NCBI RefSeq assembly: GCF_009914755.1
Contig: NC_060938.1
Origin: the human T2T-CHM13v2.0 reference genome, Homo sapiens
DNA length: 64,000 nt
Strand: one strand, 5' to 3'
Below, one piece after another: positions 46,800 through 61,279 of this stretch. The first letter of the stretch is position 1. The number at the start of each line of letters is the position of its first letter. Under the pieces are notes generated by a model that worked only from the letters and a program-made list of their open reading frames with translations, did no database searches and was not told where the DNA came from. A program made the translations under genes and the position numbers.

Positions 46800-47509
46800 A
46801 TTTAACATTTTCCAAATGCAAAAAAAAAAAAAAACCACATTTAAACTATTTGCTTATAAGACTCTTGATATATTTGTGTTATTTTTCTTTACATGTTTAC
46901 AGTATGGAATTTGAACATCACAATACAAAATAATTCTTATTACTGGTTTAGGAATCTGTGTTTATTAACTTATAATAAAAATACATGCATTTGTATCCAA
47001 TTTCATTTCTTAACATAAAGATGTGGTAAAAGCATTGACCATCAAATGTCATCTCTCATATATTGATAGCTCAGAGAAAAGGTAACTACATTTGAAATCC
47101 TGGAAAAAATTGTTAAGCCTTCAGCATTCCCGTGTCAAAGTAATCACTGTGACTAATACGCAGCAATAAATGACAAAAAACAGAAATACAAATTGCTGTT
47201 TTACATTATGTCAGTACTTACAATTGACCTAGTCTCTGTGTTTGGTCTCTGATGATCTTAATTCTGAAGTGTCATTTCCTTTAAGAACTAAAGGAAAATA
47301 CAGTGTACATAATGTCCCATGAAATCAAATAGTTGTTCTAGATTGGTCTTAGTTTTACAGGCAGAAAGAAACAGATCATGAAAGATGTTAAATTATGTAA
47401 ATGAAAAGTTAACCCTCTTTTAGTTTTTTTTGTATTCTCCCTTGTTATCTAAACCAGAGAATACTTAGTTGTGTTTATTAATAGATGAAAATTCGCAAGA
47501 AGTGAAATG

Positions 47510-47797
47510 CACTTTTTGAGGCCAAAGCCAAAAGATCACCTGAGGCCAAGAGTTTGAGACTATCCTGGGGAACATACATAGCAAGACATTGTCTCTACAA
47601 AAAATGTTTTAAAAATTAGCTGGGTGTGGTGGTGTATGCCTATAGTCCCAGACACTTGAAAGACTGAGGCAGGACAATCACTTGACCCCAGGAGTTCAAG
47701 GTTGCAGTGAGCCATGATCATATCACTGCATTCCAGCCTGGGCAACATAGCAAGACTCCATCTCTAAAAATCAATCAATCGATCGATTAATTAATTA
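47510..47797 (+). mobile_element. AluJ, 5'-truncated
   Basis: Starts at CACTTTTTGAGGCC; J-type right arm; AATC/AATT tail. Confidence 0.88.
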
Positions 47798-48084
47798 ACT
47801 TTTAAAAAATAAGTAAAATGGCAACAGCATATGTCAAAAGAGCTAGCACATCAGTGTACTTTCTATAATCCTTGTTCTGTCCAGATCATCTGTACCTTCC
47901 AGAAAGAAGTAATTCTTTTTCTAATATAAGAAAAGGATTGCCACGTAGTTACATTTTTTCTTTTTATATGGCATAGAGGAGCTTGCTTCATTTCTCAATA
48001 AAAAATTTAATGGCAATTTCTGAGGCATAATTCTCTAGATTTTACTGACCTACAAATTTCAGTAGTTTTCAAAAAGAATTTTAA

Positions 48085-48365
48085 TCATTTACTCAACAAA
48101 TATTTATGAAGTATTGTTATGTAAAAAATCCTGTGCTAGATGTTTTGGAGACAGGGCAAACAAGACAGACTTAATCTCTCACCTCCTGGAACTTACAGCC
48201 TAGTAGCAGGTACAAACATTAAACAATTAAGTACATAATTTTTGTATAATTAAAATTGTGATAAGTTATATGAAGGAGGTATGCAGGGTGTTATGAAAAT
48301 GTAGAACAGGTATTCCAGTAGTCTTTGGTAGGGAAAGTAAGACTTCTTTGAGGAAGTGGCATGAA
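48085..48365 (-). mobile_element. L2 3' fragment
   Basis: TCATTTACTCAACAAATATTTA...CTGGAACTTACAGCCTAGT. Confidence 0.6.
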
Positions 48366-48663
48366 TCAGTGAAAATCTTATTAACAAAGTCTATGATTCT
48401 CTTCAGATCTAAAGCCACATTTTTGGTTACTTTTCTGTTTAAGCTAGTCTGAGTTGGGTGTCTGTTACTTACATGTGAGAATCTTAACTAATACGCCATT
48501 TAATGTCAAGTAAGAAGTAAAATTACTTTTGTTCAAGATATTCAGGAAAAAACATTATTATTAGGGTTTAGGTTGCTATGTGAAGTTCACTTCTAATTGC
48601 AATTAATTTTTCCTAGGTAATTTTTTTCAAGCTCATTCCCCAAAGAAAGTGTAAAGAAAATAA

Positions 48664-49068
<405 letters not shown>

Positions 49069-49906
49069 TCAAGTATTTTCAAATAACTTTAAGGAATATC
49101 AAAGAAGACTATTTTTCAAAGTTATCATCTGCATATACATTTACCAAGTATATACTAAATGTTATATAGTAATTTAGTAAACATTTATTGAGCATATGCT
49201 AAAAACCAGACTATAGGATGTAAAGATTAAAGACCAAATTATTGCTCTCAAGAAGCCCACTTCTAGGATTGTGAGAAAATTTCATAGGGAAAACTATATT
49301 CAACAAAACAGTAGTGTTAGATACTGGAAACACAAAAGTGATTAAGATTTACTTTGATCTGGAGGACCAGCCTAGTGGCACAGTTAGCTCATGCCATTCA
49401 CCTTTCTTTCAAAAATTATTTATTGAGCACCTACCATGTGCTAGGGACTCTGCTAGGTTCTGTCTGAGGAAGCAGTAGCAAACAAATCAAATACATCCAA
49501 ATGGGAAAGACGGAAATTACTCAAGAATTATAAAAATAATTAAAGCATTACTCCACTTTGGGGTCACTAATAGACCTAGAGCTTAATCCTTCCACTTATA
49601 GATCACAAAGTGTAATTTTAAAAAATAGATAAATTATAAAATAATGTTTTAAAAGCTATGATAAGAGATATGAACAAAGTGGTTTTGAAGCATACAAGAA
49701 ATGCCAGGATCTGCTTAGTAAAATCAGAGAAGGCATTGCAGAAGTGTCTTTGAGCTAAATTGTAAAGGACAAATGGGAATCAATAGCATAGGGGTGGTAT
49801 CTTAATCAATAAAAGAAGATAAGAGACTTTTTTGCCTGCAATTCTCTAATCACAATGAAAAGATATGTACTATTTTATTTATTTTGTTTTTCTAGGCATG
49901 GAATGC

Positions 49907-50817
49907 TAATTATGTTTCTGTTTAATTAAGCTACCTGTTAGAGATATACTGATAAGTTACACTTCTTGTGTTGCATTGAAATATAGGAATAAAATATTTT
50001 GTTTTATACTCACAACTGTGTTTTTGAGACCAGGTTGATTTTATGCATGAATAAATTCAAGTTCTTAGAGAGGTGCTACTGTTGCTGTGGAGGATTAATT
50101 TTTGTTTGGCTCAGATAAGCTATACTATTATGTTGTCCCTCTTTTCTCTCCCTTATTCATCATATTCTTGCCACATTGACTTCTACCTCCTAGAAATTCC
50201 AAGTTCCTGCCTCAGGACCCTTGCCCATATTATGCCCATTACCTAAAACATGTTACATATTTACACAAGTCTTGTACGTTACCTATATTTCCCACATAGT
50301 AAGCCTTAAATTTTTCTCTTGAATTAATTATTATTAAGTCAGCCACATTTTTACTTCTGAGATCCTTTTATTTTTCTGCTTCTATCAAGAATAGACAGAA
50401 AGGAAGAGAAACAATTCAGCAAAGAAGACTGCTATTGGTTATGTTTTAAAACCTTCATAATTCACAATTGAAATATGTCTCTATAGTGAGAATGCATCAA
50501 TGATTTTATTTTATTTAAGTTCCGGGATGTGCAGAATGTGCAGGTTTGTTATGTAGGTAAATGTGTGCCATGGTGTGCCTAGATAATACCTAGGTGCTGG
50601 GTTGATAGGTGTATCAAAACAAAAATTAATCCTCCACAGCAATAGTAGCACCTCTCTAAGAACTTGAATTTATTCATACATAAAATCAACCTGGACTCAA
50701 AAACACAGTTGTGAGTATGAAACAAAATATTTTATTCCTATATTTCCACATAAAACAAGAAGTGTAACTTATCAGTGTATCTCCAACAGATAGCTTAATT
50801 AAACAGAAATATAATTA
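49907..50817. repeat. 201-bp inverted repeat pair (49907-50107 / 50617-50817)
   Basis: Ungapped reverse-complement match; 13 mismatches by manual count. Confidence 0.95.
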
Positions 50818-53800
50818 ACCTATCAACCCATCACCTAGGTATTATGCCCAGTACACATTAGCTATTTTTTCTGATGCTCTCCTTCTCCTCACACCCCCAA
50901 CAGGCCTCAGTGTGTGTTGTTCCCGTCCCTCTGTCTACGTGTTCACATTGTTCAGCATACACTAATAAGTAGGGGCATGCGGTGTTTGGTTTTCTGTTCC
51001 TGCATTAGTTTGCGTAGGATAATGGCTTCCAGTTCCATCCATGCCCCTGCAAAGGACATGATCTCATTTCTTTTTATGGCTGCAACGTATTCCATGGAAA
51101 ATATGTACCTTTTCTTTATCCAGTGTATTATCAATGGGCATATGAGCATTTGGGTTGATTCCATGTCTTTGCTATCGTGAAGAGTGCTTCAATGAACATA
51201 TGTGTGCATGTATCTTTATAATAGAATGATTTATATTCCTTTGGGTATATACCCAGTAATGGGATTGCTGGGTCAATGTTATTTCTGTTTCTAGGTCTTT
51301 GAGGAATCTCCACACTGTCTTCCACAATGGTTGAACTAATTTACATTCCCACGACAGTGTAAAAGCAATCCTATTTCTCCACAGCCTCACCAGCGCCTGT
51401 TGTTTCATGACTTTTTAATAATCACCATTCTGACAGGTGTGAGATGGTATCTCACTGTGGTTTTGATTTGCATTTCTCTAATGATCAGTGTTGTTGAGCT
51501 TTTTTCACGTTTGTTGGCTGCATAAATGTCTTTTTTTGAGAAGTGTCTGTTCATGTCTTTTGCCCACTTTTTAATGAGGTTGTTTGGTTTTTTCTTGTAA
51601 ATTTGTTTAAGTTCCTTGCAGACTCTGGATATAAGACCTTTGTCAGATAGATAGATTGCAAAAGTTTTCTCCCATTCTGTAAGTTGTCTGTTCACTCTGA
51701 TGATAGTTTCTTTTGCTGTGCAGAAGCTCTTTAGTTTGATTATTTTAATTTAAATTAGTTTAATTTTGATCCCATTTGTCAATTTTTGCCTTTGTTGCAA
51801 TTGCTTTTGACATCTTTGTCAAGAAATCTTTGCCCGTGCCTATGTCCTGAATGGTATTGTTTAGATTTTCTTCCAGCGTTTTCATAATTTTGGATTTTGC
51901 ACTTAAGTCATTAATCCTCTTGAGTTAATTTTTGTATAAGATGTAAGGAAGGGGTCCAGTTTCAATTTTCTGCATGTAGCTAGAAAACAGGCTAGCCTGT
52001 TCTCTCCCAGGGGCATTTATTAGAAAATCCTTTCCCTATTGCTTGTTTTTGTCAGGTTTGTCGAAGATCATATGGTTGCAGATGTGCAATCTTATTTCTG
52101 AGTTCTCTATTCTGTTCCATTGGTCTATGTGTCTGTTTTTGTATCAGTATCATGTTGATTGGGTTACTGTAGCCTTGTGGTATAGTTTGAAGTTGGGTAA
52201 CATGATACCTCCAGCTTTGTTCTTTTTGCTTAGGATTGCCTTGGCTATACAGGCTCTTTTTTGGCTTCATATGAATTTTAAGATAGTTTTTTTCTAATTT
52301 TGTGAAGAATGTCAATGGCAGTTTGATGGGAATAGCAATGAGTCTATAAATTACTTTGGGCAGTATGGCCATTTTCACAATATTGATTGTTCCTATCCGT
52401 GAGCATGAAATGTTTTCCCATTTGCTTGTGTCCTCTCTGATTTCCTTGAGCAGTGGTTTGTAGTTCTTGAAGAGGTCCTTAACTTCCCTTATTAACTGTA
52501 TTCCTAGGTATTTAATTCTCTTTGTAGCAATTGTGAATGGGAGTTCATTCATGATTTGGCTCTCTGTCTGTTGTTGGTGTATAGGAGTGCTTGTGATTTT
52601 TGCCATTGATTTTGTATCCTGAGACTTTGCTGAAGTTGCTTATCAGCTTAAGAAGCTTTTGGGCTGAGAAGATGAGGTTTTCTATGTTATCTGCAAATAG
52701 AGACAATCTGGCTTCCTCTCTTGCTATTTGAATACCCTCTATTTCTTTCTCTTGCCTGATTGCCCGCCCTGGCCAGAACTTCCAATACTATGTTGACTAG
52801 GAGTGGTGAGAGAGGGCATCCTTGTCTTGTGCCAGTTTTCAAGGGGAATGCTTCCAGCTTTTGCCCATTCAGTATGATACTGGCTGTGGGTTTGCAACAA
52901 ATGGCTCTTATTATTTGGAGGTATGTTCCTTCAATACCTAGTTTATTGAGTTTTTAACATGAAGGGATGTTGAATTTTATCAAAGGCCTTTTCCATGAGA
53001 TAATCATGTGTTTTTTGTCTTTAGTTCTGTTTAGGTGATGAATTACATCCACTGATTTGTGTCTGTTGAAACAGCCTTGCATCCTGGGGATGAAGCTGAC
53101 TTCACTGTGGTGGATAAGCTTTTTGATGTGCTGCTGGATTCAGTTTGCCAGTATTATATTGAGGATTTTTGCATCGATGTTCATCAGGGATATTGCCCTG
53201 AAGTTTCATCTTTTTGTTACATCTCTGCCAGGTTTTGGTATCAGGATGATGCTGGCTTCATAAAATGAGTTAGGGAGGAGTCTGTCCTTTCAGTTGTTTG
53301 GAATAGTTTCAGAAGAAGCAGTACCTGCTCCTCTTTCTACCTCTGGTAGAATTCAGCTGTAAATCATCTGATCCTGGGCTTTTTTTAGTTAGTAGGCTAT
53401 TAATTATTGCCTCAATTTCAAACCCTGTTATTGTTCTATTCAGGGATTCAACTTCTTCCTGATTCAGTCTTGGGAAGGTGTAGGTGTCCAGGAATTTATC
53501 CATTTCTTCTAGATTTTCTAGTTTATTTGCATAGAGGTATTTGTAGTATTCTCTGACGGTTATTTGTACTTCTGTGAGGTCAGTGGTGATATCCCCTTTA
53601 TCATTTTTTATTGTGTCTATTTGATTATTTGCTCTTTTCTTCTTTATTAATCTAGCTAGAAATAAATCTATTTTATTGATTTTTTCAGAAAAACAGCTCC
53701 TGGATTTGTAAATTTTTTCAAGGGTTTTTCATGTCTCTATTTCCTTCAGTTCTGCTCTGATCTTGGTTATTTATTGTCTTCTGCTAGCTTTGGGGTTTCT

Positions 53801-54878
53801 TTGCCCTTGGTTCTCTAGTTCTTTTAGTTGTGATGTTAGTATGTCGATTTGAGATCTTTCTAGCTTTTTGATGTGGGCACTTAGTGCTGTAAACTTCTCT
53901 CTTAACACTGCATTAGCTGTGTCCCAGATTTTCCCTGTTAACCCTCCATTAGCTATGTTGTCTCTTTGTTCTCTTTAGTTTCAAATAACTTCTTGATTTC
54001 TGCCTTAATTTCATTATTTACCCAGGAGTCCTTCAGGAGCAGGTTGTTCAATTTCCATGCAGTTGTGTGCTTTTGAGTTAATTTCTTAATCTTCAGTTCT
54101 AGTTTAATTGTGCTGTGGTCTGAGAGACTGTTTGTTATGATTTCAGTTCTTTTGCTTTTGCTGTGGAGTGTTTTACTTCCAATTATGTGATCAATTTAGA
54201 GTTAAGTGCCATGTGGCACCAAGAAGAATGTATATTCTGTTGTTTTGGGGTGGAGAGTTCTGTAGATATCTATCAGGTCCACTTGATCCAGAGCTGAGTT
54301 CAAGTCCTGAATATCTTTCTTAATTTTCTATCTTGATGGTCTAATATTTACAGTGAGTTTTAAGTCTCCCACTATTATTGTGTGGGAGTCTAAGTATCTT
54401 TGTAGGTCTCTAAGAACTTGTTTTATGAATCTGGATGCTCCTGTATAGGGTGCATATATATTTAGGATAGTTAGCTCTTCTTGCTGAATTGGACCCTGTA
54501 CCATTATGTAATACCCTTCTTTGTCCTATTAGATCTTCATTGGTTTAAAGTCTGTTTTGTCAGAAACTAGGATTGCAACCTCTGCTTTTTTCTGCTTTCT
54601 ATTTGCTTGGTTAATTTTCCTCCATCCCTTTATTTTGAGCCTATGTGTGTCTGTGCACATGAGACGGGTCTTAACTTTTTATCCAGCTTGCCATTCTGTG
54701 TCTTTTAATTGGGGCATCTTGCCCATTTACATTTAAGGTTAATATTGTTATGTGTGAATTTGATCCTGTCATCATGACGCTAGCTGGTTATTTTGCAGAC
54801 TTGTTTATCTAATTGCTTCATAGTGCCATTGGCCTGTGTACTTCAGTGTGTTTTAGTAGTGCCTGGTAATGATTTTTC
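50503..54878 (-). mobile_element. L1PA (L1PA8-11-like) 3'UTR plus ORF2, 5' part missing
   Basis: T-rich tail, GTGCAGGTTTGTTATGTAGG 3' end, minus-strand ORF2 peptides, GAATTTGATCCTGTCAT at the ORF2 start. Confidence 0.9.
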
Positions 54879-54908
54879 CTTTATAGCAGCATGAAATGGA
54901 CTAATATA

Positions 54909-57290
54909 GGAGGAGTCTGTCCTCCTTGATTTTTTGAAATAGTTTCAGTAAAATTGGTACCAACTCTTTGGTGTATGTCTGGTAGAATTTGTCTGTGAAT
55001 CCATCTGGTCTGGGGCTTTTTCTTGTTGGGAGGTTTTTTATTACTGATTCAATTGCAGAACTTGATATTGGTCAGTTCATGGTATAAATTTCTTCCTGAT
55101 TCAATCTTAGGAGGTTGTGTGTTTTCATAAATTTATCCATTTCCTCTAGATTTTCTAGTTTGCATGTGTAGAGGTATTCATAATAGTCTCTGAGGATCTT
55201 TTGTATTTCCGTAGGATCTGTCGCCTTTGTTGTTTCTGATTGTGCTTTATTTATATCTTCTCTCTTTTTTATTGTTAATCTAGCTAGCAGTCTATCAATC
55301 TTGTTTATTCTTTTAAAAAACAAACTTTTGCTTTTGTTGATTCTTTGTATGGATTTTTGGGTCTCAGTTTTATTCAATTCTACTCTGATTTTAGTTATTT
55401 CCTTTCTTCTTTTAACTGTCGAATTAGGTTGTTATTGTTTTTCTAGTTCCTCTAGGTGTCATGTTAGATAATTAATTTTAGATCTTTCTAACTTTTTGAG
55501 GCAGGCATTTAGTATTATAAATTGTCCTCTTAATACAGCTTTTGCTGCATCCCAGAAATTTTGGTATGTTGTGTCTCTATTTTCATTTATTTCAAAGAAT
55601 TTTTAAGTTTCTGCCTTGATTTTGTTATTTATCCAAAATCACTCAGGATCAAGTTGTTTAATTTTCATGTAATTGTGTAGTTTTGAGAGATCTTCTTGGC
55701 ATCAATTCTATTTTTATTCCACTGTGGTCTGAGAGTATGGTTGGTATAATTTCCAACATTTTGAATATATTGAGACTTGCTTTATGGCTGAACATGTGGT
55801 TAATCATAAAGTATGTTCCATGTGCAGAGGAGAAGAATGTATAGTCTGTGGTTGATGGACGGAGTATTCTGTAGATGTCTATTAGGCCGAATTGGTCAAG
55901 TGTCAAGTTTAAGTCCAGGATATCTTTGTTAGTTTTCTGCCTTGATGATCTGTCTAATGCTGTCAGGGGTGTTGAAGTCCCCCACCATTATTGTGTGGCT
56001 AAGTCTTTTCGTAAGTTTAAAAGTACATTGTTTTGTGAATCTGAGTGCTCAAATGTTGGATGCATATATATATTTAGGATAATTAAATATTCCTTTTGAA
56101 TTGGACTCATTATCATTATGTAATACATGGTAGTTTTTGTCCATTTTTACGGTTGTTGGTTTAAAATCTGTTTTATCTGATAAAAGAATAGCAACCCCTG
56201 CTTTTTTTTTTTTTGTTTTCCATTTGCATGGTAGATCTTTCTCCAATCCTCTGCTTTGAGCCTATGAGTGTCATTGTGTGAGGTGGGTCTCTTGAAGACA
56301 GAAGACTAGATGGGTCATTTTAAAAAATCCAATTTACCACTCTGCTCTTTTTAAGTGGGAGTGTGTAGACCATTTATATTCAAGGTTAATATTGATAGGT
56401 GAGGTTTGATCTTATTGTGAAGTTTTTAGCTGTTTGCTTTAGAGTTTCAATTATTTGGTTGCTTTATAGGGTCTGTAGGCTATGTACTTAAGTGTATTTT
56501 TGTGGTAGCAAATATCATTCTTTTTTTTCCATGTTTAGAACTCCCTTAAAGATCTCTTGAAAGGCTGGTCTAGTAGTAATAAATTTTTAGTGCTTGCTTG
56601 TCTGGAAAAGATTCCATTTCTCCTTTGCTTATGAAGCTTAGTTTGGCAGGATGTGAAATTCTTGGTTGGAATTTCTTTTCTAAGAATGCAGAAAATAGGG
56701 CCCCAAGATCCCTGGCTTGTAAAGTTTCTGCTTAGAAGTGCACTGTGAACCTGATAAGATTCCCTTTGTATGTGATCTGCCCTTTTTCTCTAGTGGCCTT
56801 TAAGATTTTTTCTTTAGCATTGACCTTGGACAGTCTGGTGACTATATGCCTGGTGAGGATCATTTTGTATAATATCTCGCAAGTGTTCTCTGGATTTCTT
56901 GTATCTTGATATCTACCTCTCTAGCAAAATTGGGCAAGATTTCTTGGGTTGTTCTCTTAAATATATTTTCCAGATTATTTGCTTTTTCTCCTCTCTCAGA
57001 ATGCCAATAATTCATATGTTTGGTTGCTTTAAATAATTCCATATTTCTCAAAGACTGCTCATTTACAAAAATTCTTTATTCTTTATTTTTGCCAAATGTA
57101 GTTCAAAAGATGGTCTTCAAGCTCTAAAATTGTTTCTTCTGCTTGGTCCAGTCTATTGATAAAGCTTTCAGTTGTATTTTGAAATTCCTCAAGTGAGTTT
57201 TTCAATTCCAGAAGCTCGATTGATGTCTTTTTAAGATATTAATCTCTTCCTTCATTCCCTGGATTACTTTATAAGTTTCTTTGTGTTGAC
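54909..57290 (-). mobile_element. Older L1 fragment (ORF1 3' half, inter-ORF region, ORF2 N-terminus)
   Basis: Peptides AGVAILLSDKTDFKP, SDHSGIKIE and IKIQEIQRT on the minus strand. Confidence 0.85.
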
Positions 57291-57294
57291 GTTT

Positions 57295-58864
57295 TAAATT
57301 TTTTTAATTTTATTTCAATAGATTTGCGGAACAGGTGGTTTTTGTTACATGGATACGTTATTTAGTGATGATTTCTGAAATGTTGGTGCACCCATCACCT
57401 GAGCAGTGTACACTATACCCAATGTGTAGTCTTTTATCCATTACCCTCTGCCTAACCTTCCCCCCAAGTACCCAAAGTCCATTCTGTCATTCTTATGCCT
57501 TTGTGTCCTCATAGCTTAGCTCCCACTTATAAGTAAGAACATACAATATTTGGTTTTCCATTCCTGAATTACTTCACTTAAAATAATGGTCTCTAACTCC
57601 ATCCAGGTTGCCACAAATGCCATTATTTCATTCCTTTTTATGGCTGAATAGTACTCCGTGGCATATACATACCACATTTTCTTTATCCACTTTTTGGTGA
57701 ATGGACATTTAGGTTGGTACCATATTTTTGCAATTGAGAATTGTGCTGCTATAAACACGTGTGTGCAAGTGTCTTTTTTACATAACAATTTCTTTTCCTC
57801 TGGATAAATACTCAGTAGTGGGATTGCTGGATCAAATGGTAGTTCTGCTTTTAGTTCTTTAAGAAATCTCCATACTGTTTTCCATAGTGGTTGTACTAGT
57901 TTACATTCCCACCAGTAGTGTAAAAGTGTTCCCTTTTCACCACATCCATGCCAACATCTATTATTTTTTATTTTTTAAATTATGGCCATTCTTTCAGGAG
58001 TAAGATGATATTGCATCGTGGTTTTAATTTGCATTTTCCTGATAATTAGTGATGTTGAGCATATTTTCATGTTTTTTGGCCATTTTTATGTCTTCTTTTG
58101 AGAACTGTCAATTCATGTCCTTAGCTCACCATTTGACAAGATTATTTGTTTATTTCTTTCTAATTTGTTTGAGTTCCTTGTAGATTCTGGCAATTAGGAC
58201 TTTGTTGGATGCATAGTTTGTGAAGATTTTCTCCCACTCTTTGGGTTGTCTGTTTACTCTGCTAATTATTTATTTTGCTGTGCAGAAGCTTTTTAGTTTA
58301 ATTAAATCCCATCTGTTTATCTTTATTTTTGTTGCATTTGCACTGGGGTTCTTGATCATGAACTCTTTGCCTAATCCAATGTCTAGAAGAATTTTCCGAT
58401 GCTATCTTCTAGAATTTTTATGGTTTCAAGTCTCAGATTTAAGTCTTTGATCCCTCTTGAGTTGATTTTTGTGTAAGGTGAGAGATGAGGATCCATTTCA
58501 TTTTTCTACATGTGGGTTGCCAATTATCCCAGCACCATTTGTTGAATAAGGTGTCCTTTCTCCACTTTGTGTTTTTGTTTGCTTTCTCAAAGATCATTTG
58601 GCTGTAAGTATTTGGCTTTATTTCTGGGTTCTCTATTCTGTTCCATTGGTCTGTGTGCCTATTTTTTTACCAGTACCAAGCTGTTTTGGTAACTATAGCC
58701 TTGTTGTATAGTTTGAAGTCAGGTAATGCGATGCCCCTAGATTTGTTCTTGTTGCTTAGTCTTGCTTTGGCTATGCAGACTCCTTTATGGTTCTATATGA
58801 ATTTTAGGATTGTTTTTTCTAGTTCTGTGAAGAATGATGATGGTATTTTGATGAGAATTGCATT
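57295..58864 (-). mobile_element. L1PB 3' portion
   Basis: GGAACAGGTGGTTTTTGTTACATGGATA...GGTGCACCCATCACCTGAGCAGTGTACAC, the L1PB 3'UTR. Confidence 0.88.
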
Positions 58865-59624
58865 TTAACCAATGGATAAAAAAATTACAAATGAAATTAG
58901 ATATAGACACAAATTAGACAAATTATAATTAAAGACAAATGAAAATGAAAACACAATGTACCAAAACTTATGAGACACAAAGAAAAAAATGCAAGGGATT
59001 TATACCAATAAATGCTTGCATTAAAAAACAAGAAAGAGCTCAAGTCAACAACATAGCTTTCAACTTGAATAACTGGAAAAATAAGAAGAAAACAAACCCA
59101 AAACCAACAGAAGGAAGGAAATAATAAAAATTGGAGCACAGATCAATGAAATAAAGAAAAGAAAAATGATTGAGAAAAATCAAACTAAAAGTTGGTTCTT
59201 TAAAAAAATCAAGAAAGTTGACAAACCTTTAGTTAGACATACTGAGAAAAAAAGAAAGACTCAAATGACTTAAATAAATGAAAGTGGGGAAATTATTGAT
59301 TCTATAGAAATAAAAAGGATTATAAGACAGTATTATTATGAACAATTATACACCAACAAATTGTTTGATGTAGATGAAAGGAAAATTTTCCTAAAAACAG
59401 AAAACCTACTAAGACTAAATCATGAAGAAATAAAAAATCTGAATAGACCTATAACTAGTAGGGCAATTGAATCAGTAATCAAAAAATCTCCCAACAATAA
59501 CAGCCCTAGACCTGATGACTTCACTGGTTAATTCTACCAAATATTTAAGGAAGACCTAATGCCAACCCTTTTCAAACTTTCCCCCCAAAATTGAAGAGGA
59601 TGGAACACTCCCTAACTCATTTTA

Positions 59625-60275
59625 CTTTTTTGTTTTTTAGTTTTCATCAACTTTTATTTTCAGTTCTAGGGTACATGTTCAGGGTGTGTAGGTTTGTTAC
59701 ATAGGTAAATGTGTGCCCTGGTAGTTTGCTGTACAGATCAACCCATCACCTAAGTATTAAGCCCAGCATCCATTAGCTATTTTTCCTGATGCTCTCCCTT
59801 CCCCTGCCCCCATGACAGGCCCCAGTGTGTGTTGTTCACCCTGATGTGTCCATGTGTTCTCATAGTTCAGCTCCCACTTATAAGTGAGAACATGCAGTGC
59901 TTGGTTTTCTGTTCCTGCATTAGTTTGCTAAGGATAACAGCTTACAGCTCCATCCATGTCCCTGCAAAGGACATGATCTCGTTCCTTTTAATGGCATAGT
60001 ATTCCATGGTGTACAGGTGCCACATTTTCTTTATCCAATCTATCATTGATAGCCATTGGGGTTGATTTCATGTCTTTGCTATTGTGAATAGTGCTGTGAT
60101 GAACATACATGTGCATGTATCTTTATAATAGAATGATTTCTATTCCTTTGGGTATATATCCAGTAATGGCATTGCTGGGTCAAATTATATTTCCACTTCT
60201 AGATCTTTGAGGAATCACCACACTGTCTTACAATGATTTAACTAACTTACATTCCCCCAAACACTGTGAAAGCAC
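59625..60275 (-). mobile_element. L1PA (PA11-13-like) 3' fragment
   Basis: GGGTACATG...ACAGATCAACCCATCACC; TSD core CTCATTTTA on both sides. Confidence 0.88.
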
Positions 60276-60878
60276 TTACCTCATTTTATAAGGCCAGAAT
60301 TACCCTGATACCAAAGCCAGACAAAGACAATACAAGAAAACTATAGACCAATATCCGTTATGAACATTGATGGAAATATCCTCAACAAAATAGAATTCAG
60401 CAGCATATTAAAAGGATTATACACTATGACCAAGTGGGATTTATTCCTGGAATGCTAGGATAGTTCAACATGTAAGAATCAGCCAGTTGTAACACACCAC
60501 ATTCACAGAAGGAAGCACAAAAACCACATGATCATCTCAAATAATGTAGAAAAAGCATTTGACAAGATTTTACATCTTTTTATGATTAAAAATAATACTC
60601 AACAAAGTAGGAATAAAATGAAAATACCTCAACATAATAAAAGGCATATATAAAAGGCCCACAAGGATCATTATGCACTTAGTGGTAAAATACTAAAAGC
60701 TTCTCCTCTACAATCAGAAATAAAGGCAAGGATACATGCTTTTCACCACTTCTATTCAACATAGTACTGAAAATTCTAGCCATAGCAATTAAACAAGGAA
60801 AAGAAACAAAAGGCATCCAAATTGAAAAGGAAAAAATAATATTACCTCTGTTCACAGATGATATGATCTTATATGTAG

Positions 60879-61279
<401 letters not shown>

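Noticed and set aside
47769-47797. Imperfect palindrome AATCAATCAATCGATCGATTAATTAATT
   Set aside because: Explained by microsatellite drift of an Alu tail; low complexity.
50583-50845. Novel MITE with 28-bp TIRs
   Set aside because: The inverted repeats are L1 3'UTR sequence, the interior is a copy of adjacent unique DNA and there is no TSD; treated as a rearrangement instead.
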